Shown: piece by piece, positions 63,735 through 64,000 of the stretch | How the letters are laid out: each line of letters opens with the position of its first letter | Numbering within the stretch: position 1 is the first letter of the stretch | Source of the DNA: Pocillopora damicornis | Taxonomy: Eukaryota | Assembly: GCF_003704095.1 (NCBI RefSeq) | Contig: NW_020846475.1 | Coordinates: 434,001-498,000 of the forward strand | Direction of reading: 5' to 3' | Length of the DNA: 64,000 nucleotides | Position numbers and translations under genes: made by a program | The notes under the pieces: generated by a model | What the model was told of the DNA's origin: nothing | Seen by the model: only the letters and a program-made list of their open reading frames with translations | Databases searched by the model: none

Positions 63735-64000
63735 CTGAAACCGCCACAGTCCATTTGAAAGCATGGTACTTGTAACTTACGTCATAGGCAAGTTTATTTA
63801 AAAGCACTTTTCGATTGAATGTCGTAAAACAAAAACGAAATTAATCACAACGACCGGTCAGAAGAAACGAAAATGCCTTTAAAAGCCAATGGGAACTCAT
63901 AATAAAAACAAACAAACTGCCTAAAGCGCAGGAAAACGCAGGCAACCAAGTCATGATTGGTTTTAGCTTTGCATCTCATTGGTAGAGAGAGTGACGCGTG

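Noticed and set aside
1-64000. CRISPR array, operon or other prokaryotic defence system
   Set aside because: The DNA is eukaryotic with spliceosomal introns, and the dispersed repeats are transposon-derived rather than repeat-spacer arrays.

Overview
Intron-rich animal genomic DNA. The repeat families suggest a stony coral, possibly Pocilloporidae; this is inference from memory, not a database result. Most ORF-track entries are exon fragments or spurious, so I spliced the genes by hand. In order: USP16/USP45-type deubiquitinase (-), head-to-head with a signal-peptide/anchor + YccV/HspQ-like domain gene (+); a conserved uncharacterised 3-exon gene (zgc:113208-like, +); an atypical Rab-like GTPase with a predicted N-terminal dual-acylation motif, a Q-to-R change in G3 and a long C-terminal domain instead of a prenylation motif (+); NDC80 (+); PPIL4 (-, 5' end lost in a 100-N gap, with one GC-AG and one U12-type intron); the 3' part of a probable SKA3 that keeps a C-terminal SKA1-like domain (+); RPF2 (-); a 457-aa single-ORF disordered protein (+); and the 3' part of an RNF17-like multi-Tudor gene (-). 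Introns and intergenic DNA hold about 11 copies of a TTAA-flanked piggyBac-like MITE, other MITEs, tRNA-derived SINEs and a LINE 3' fragment. The best candidate for something undescribed is the Rab-like GTPase. Next are the stand-alone YccV protein, the SKA3-NDC80 neighbourhood and the minor-spliceosome intron.
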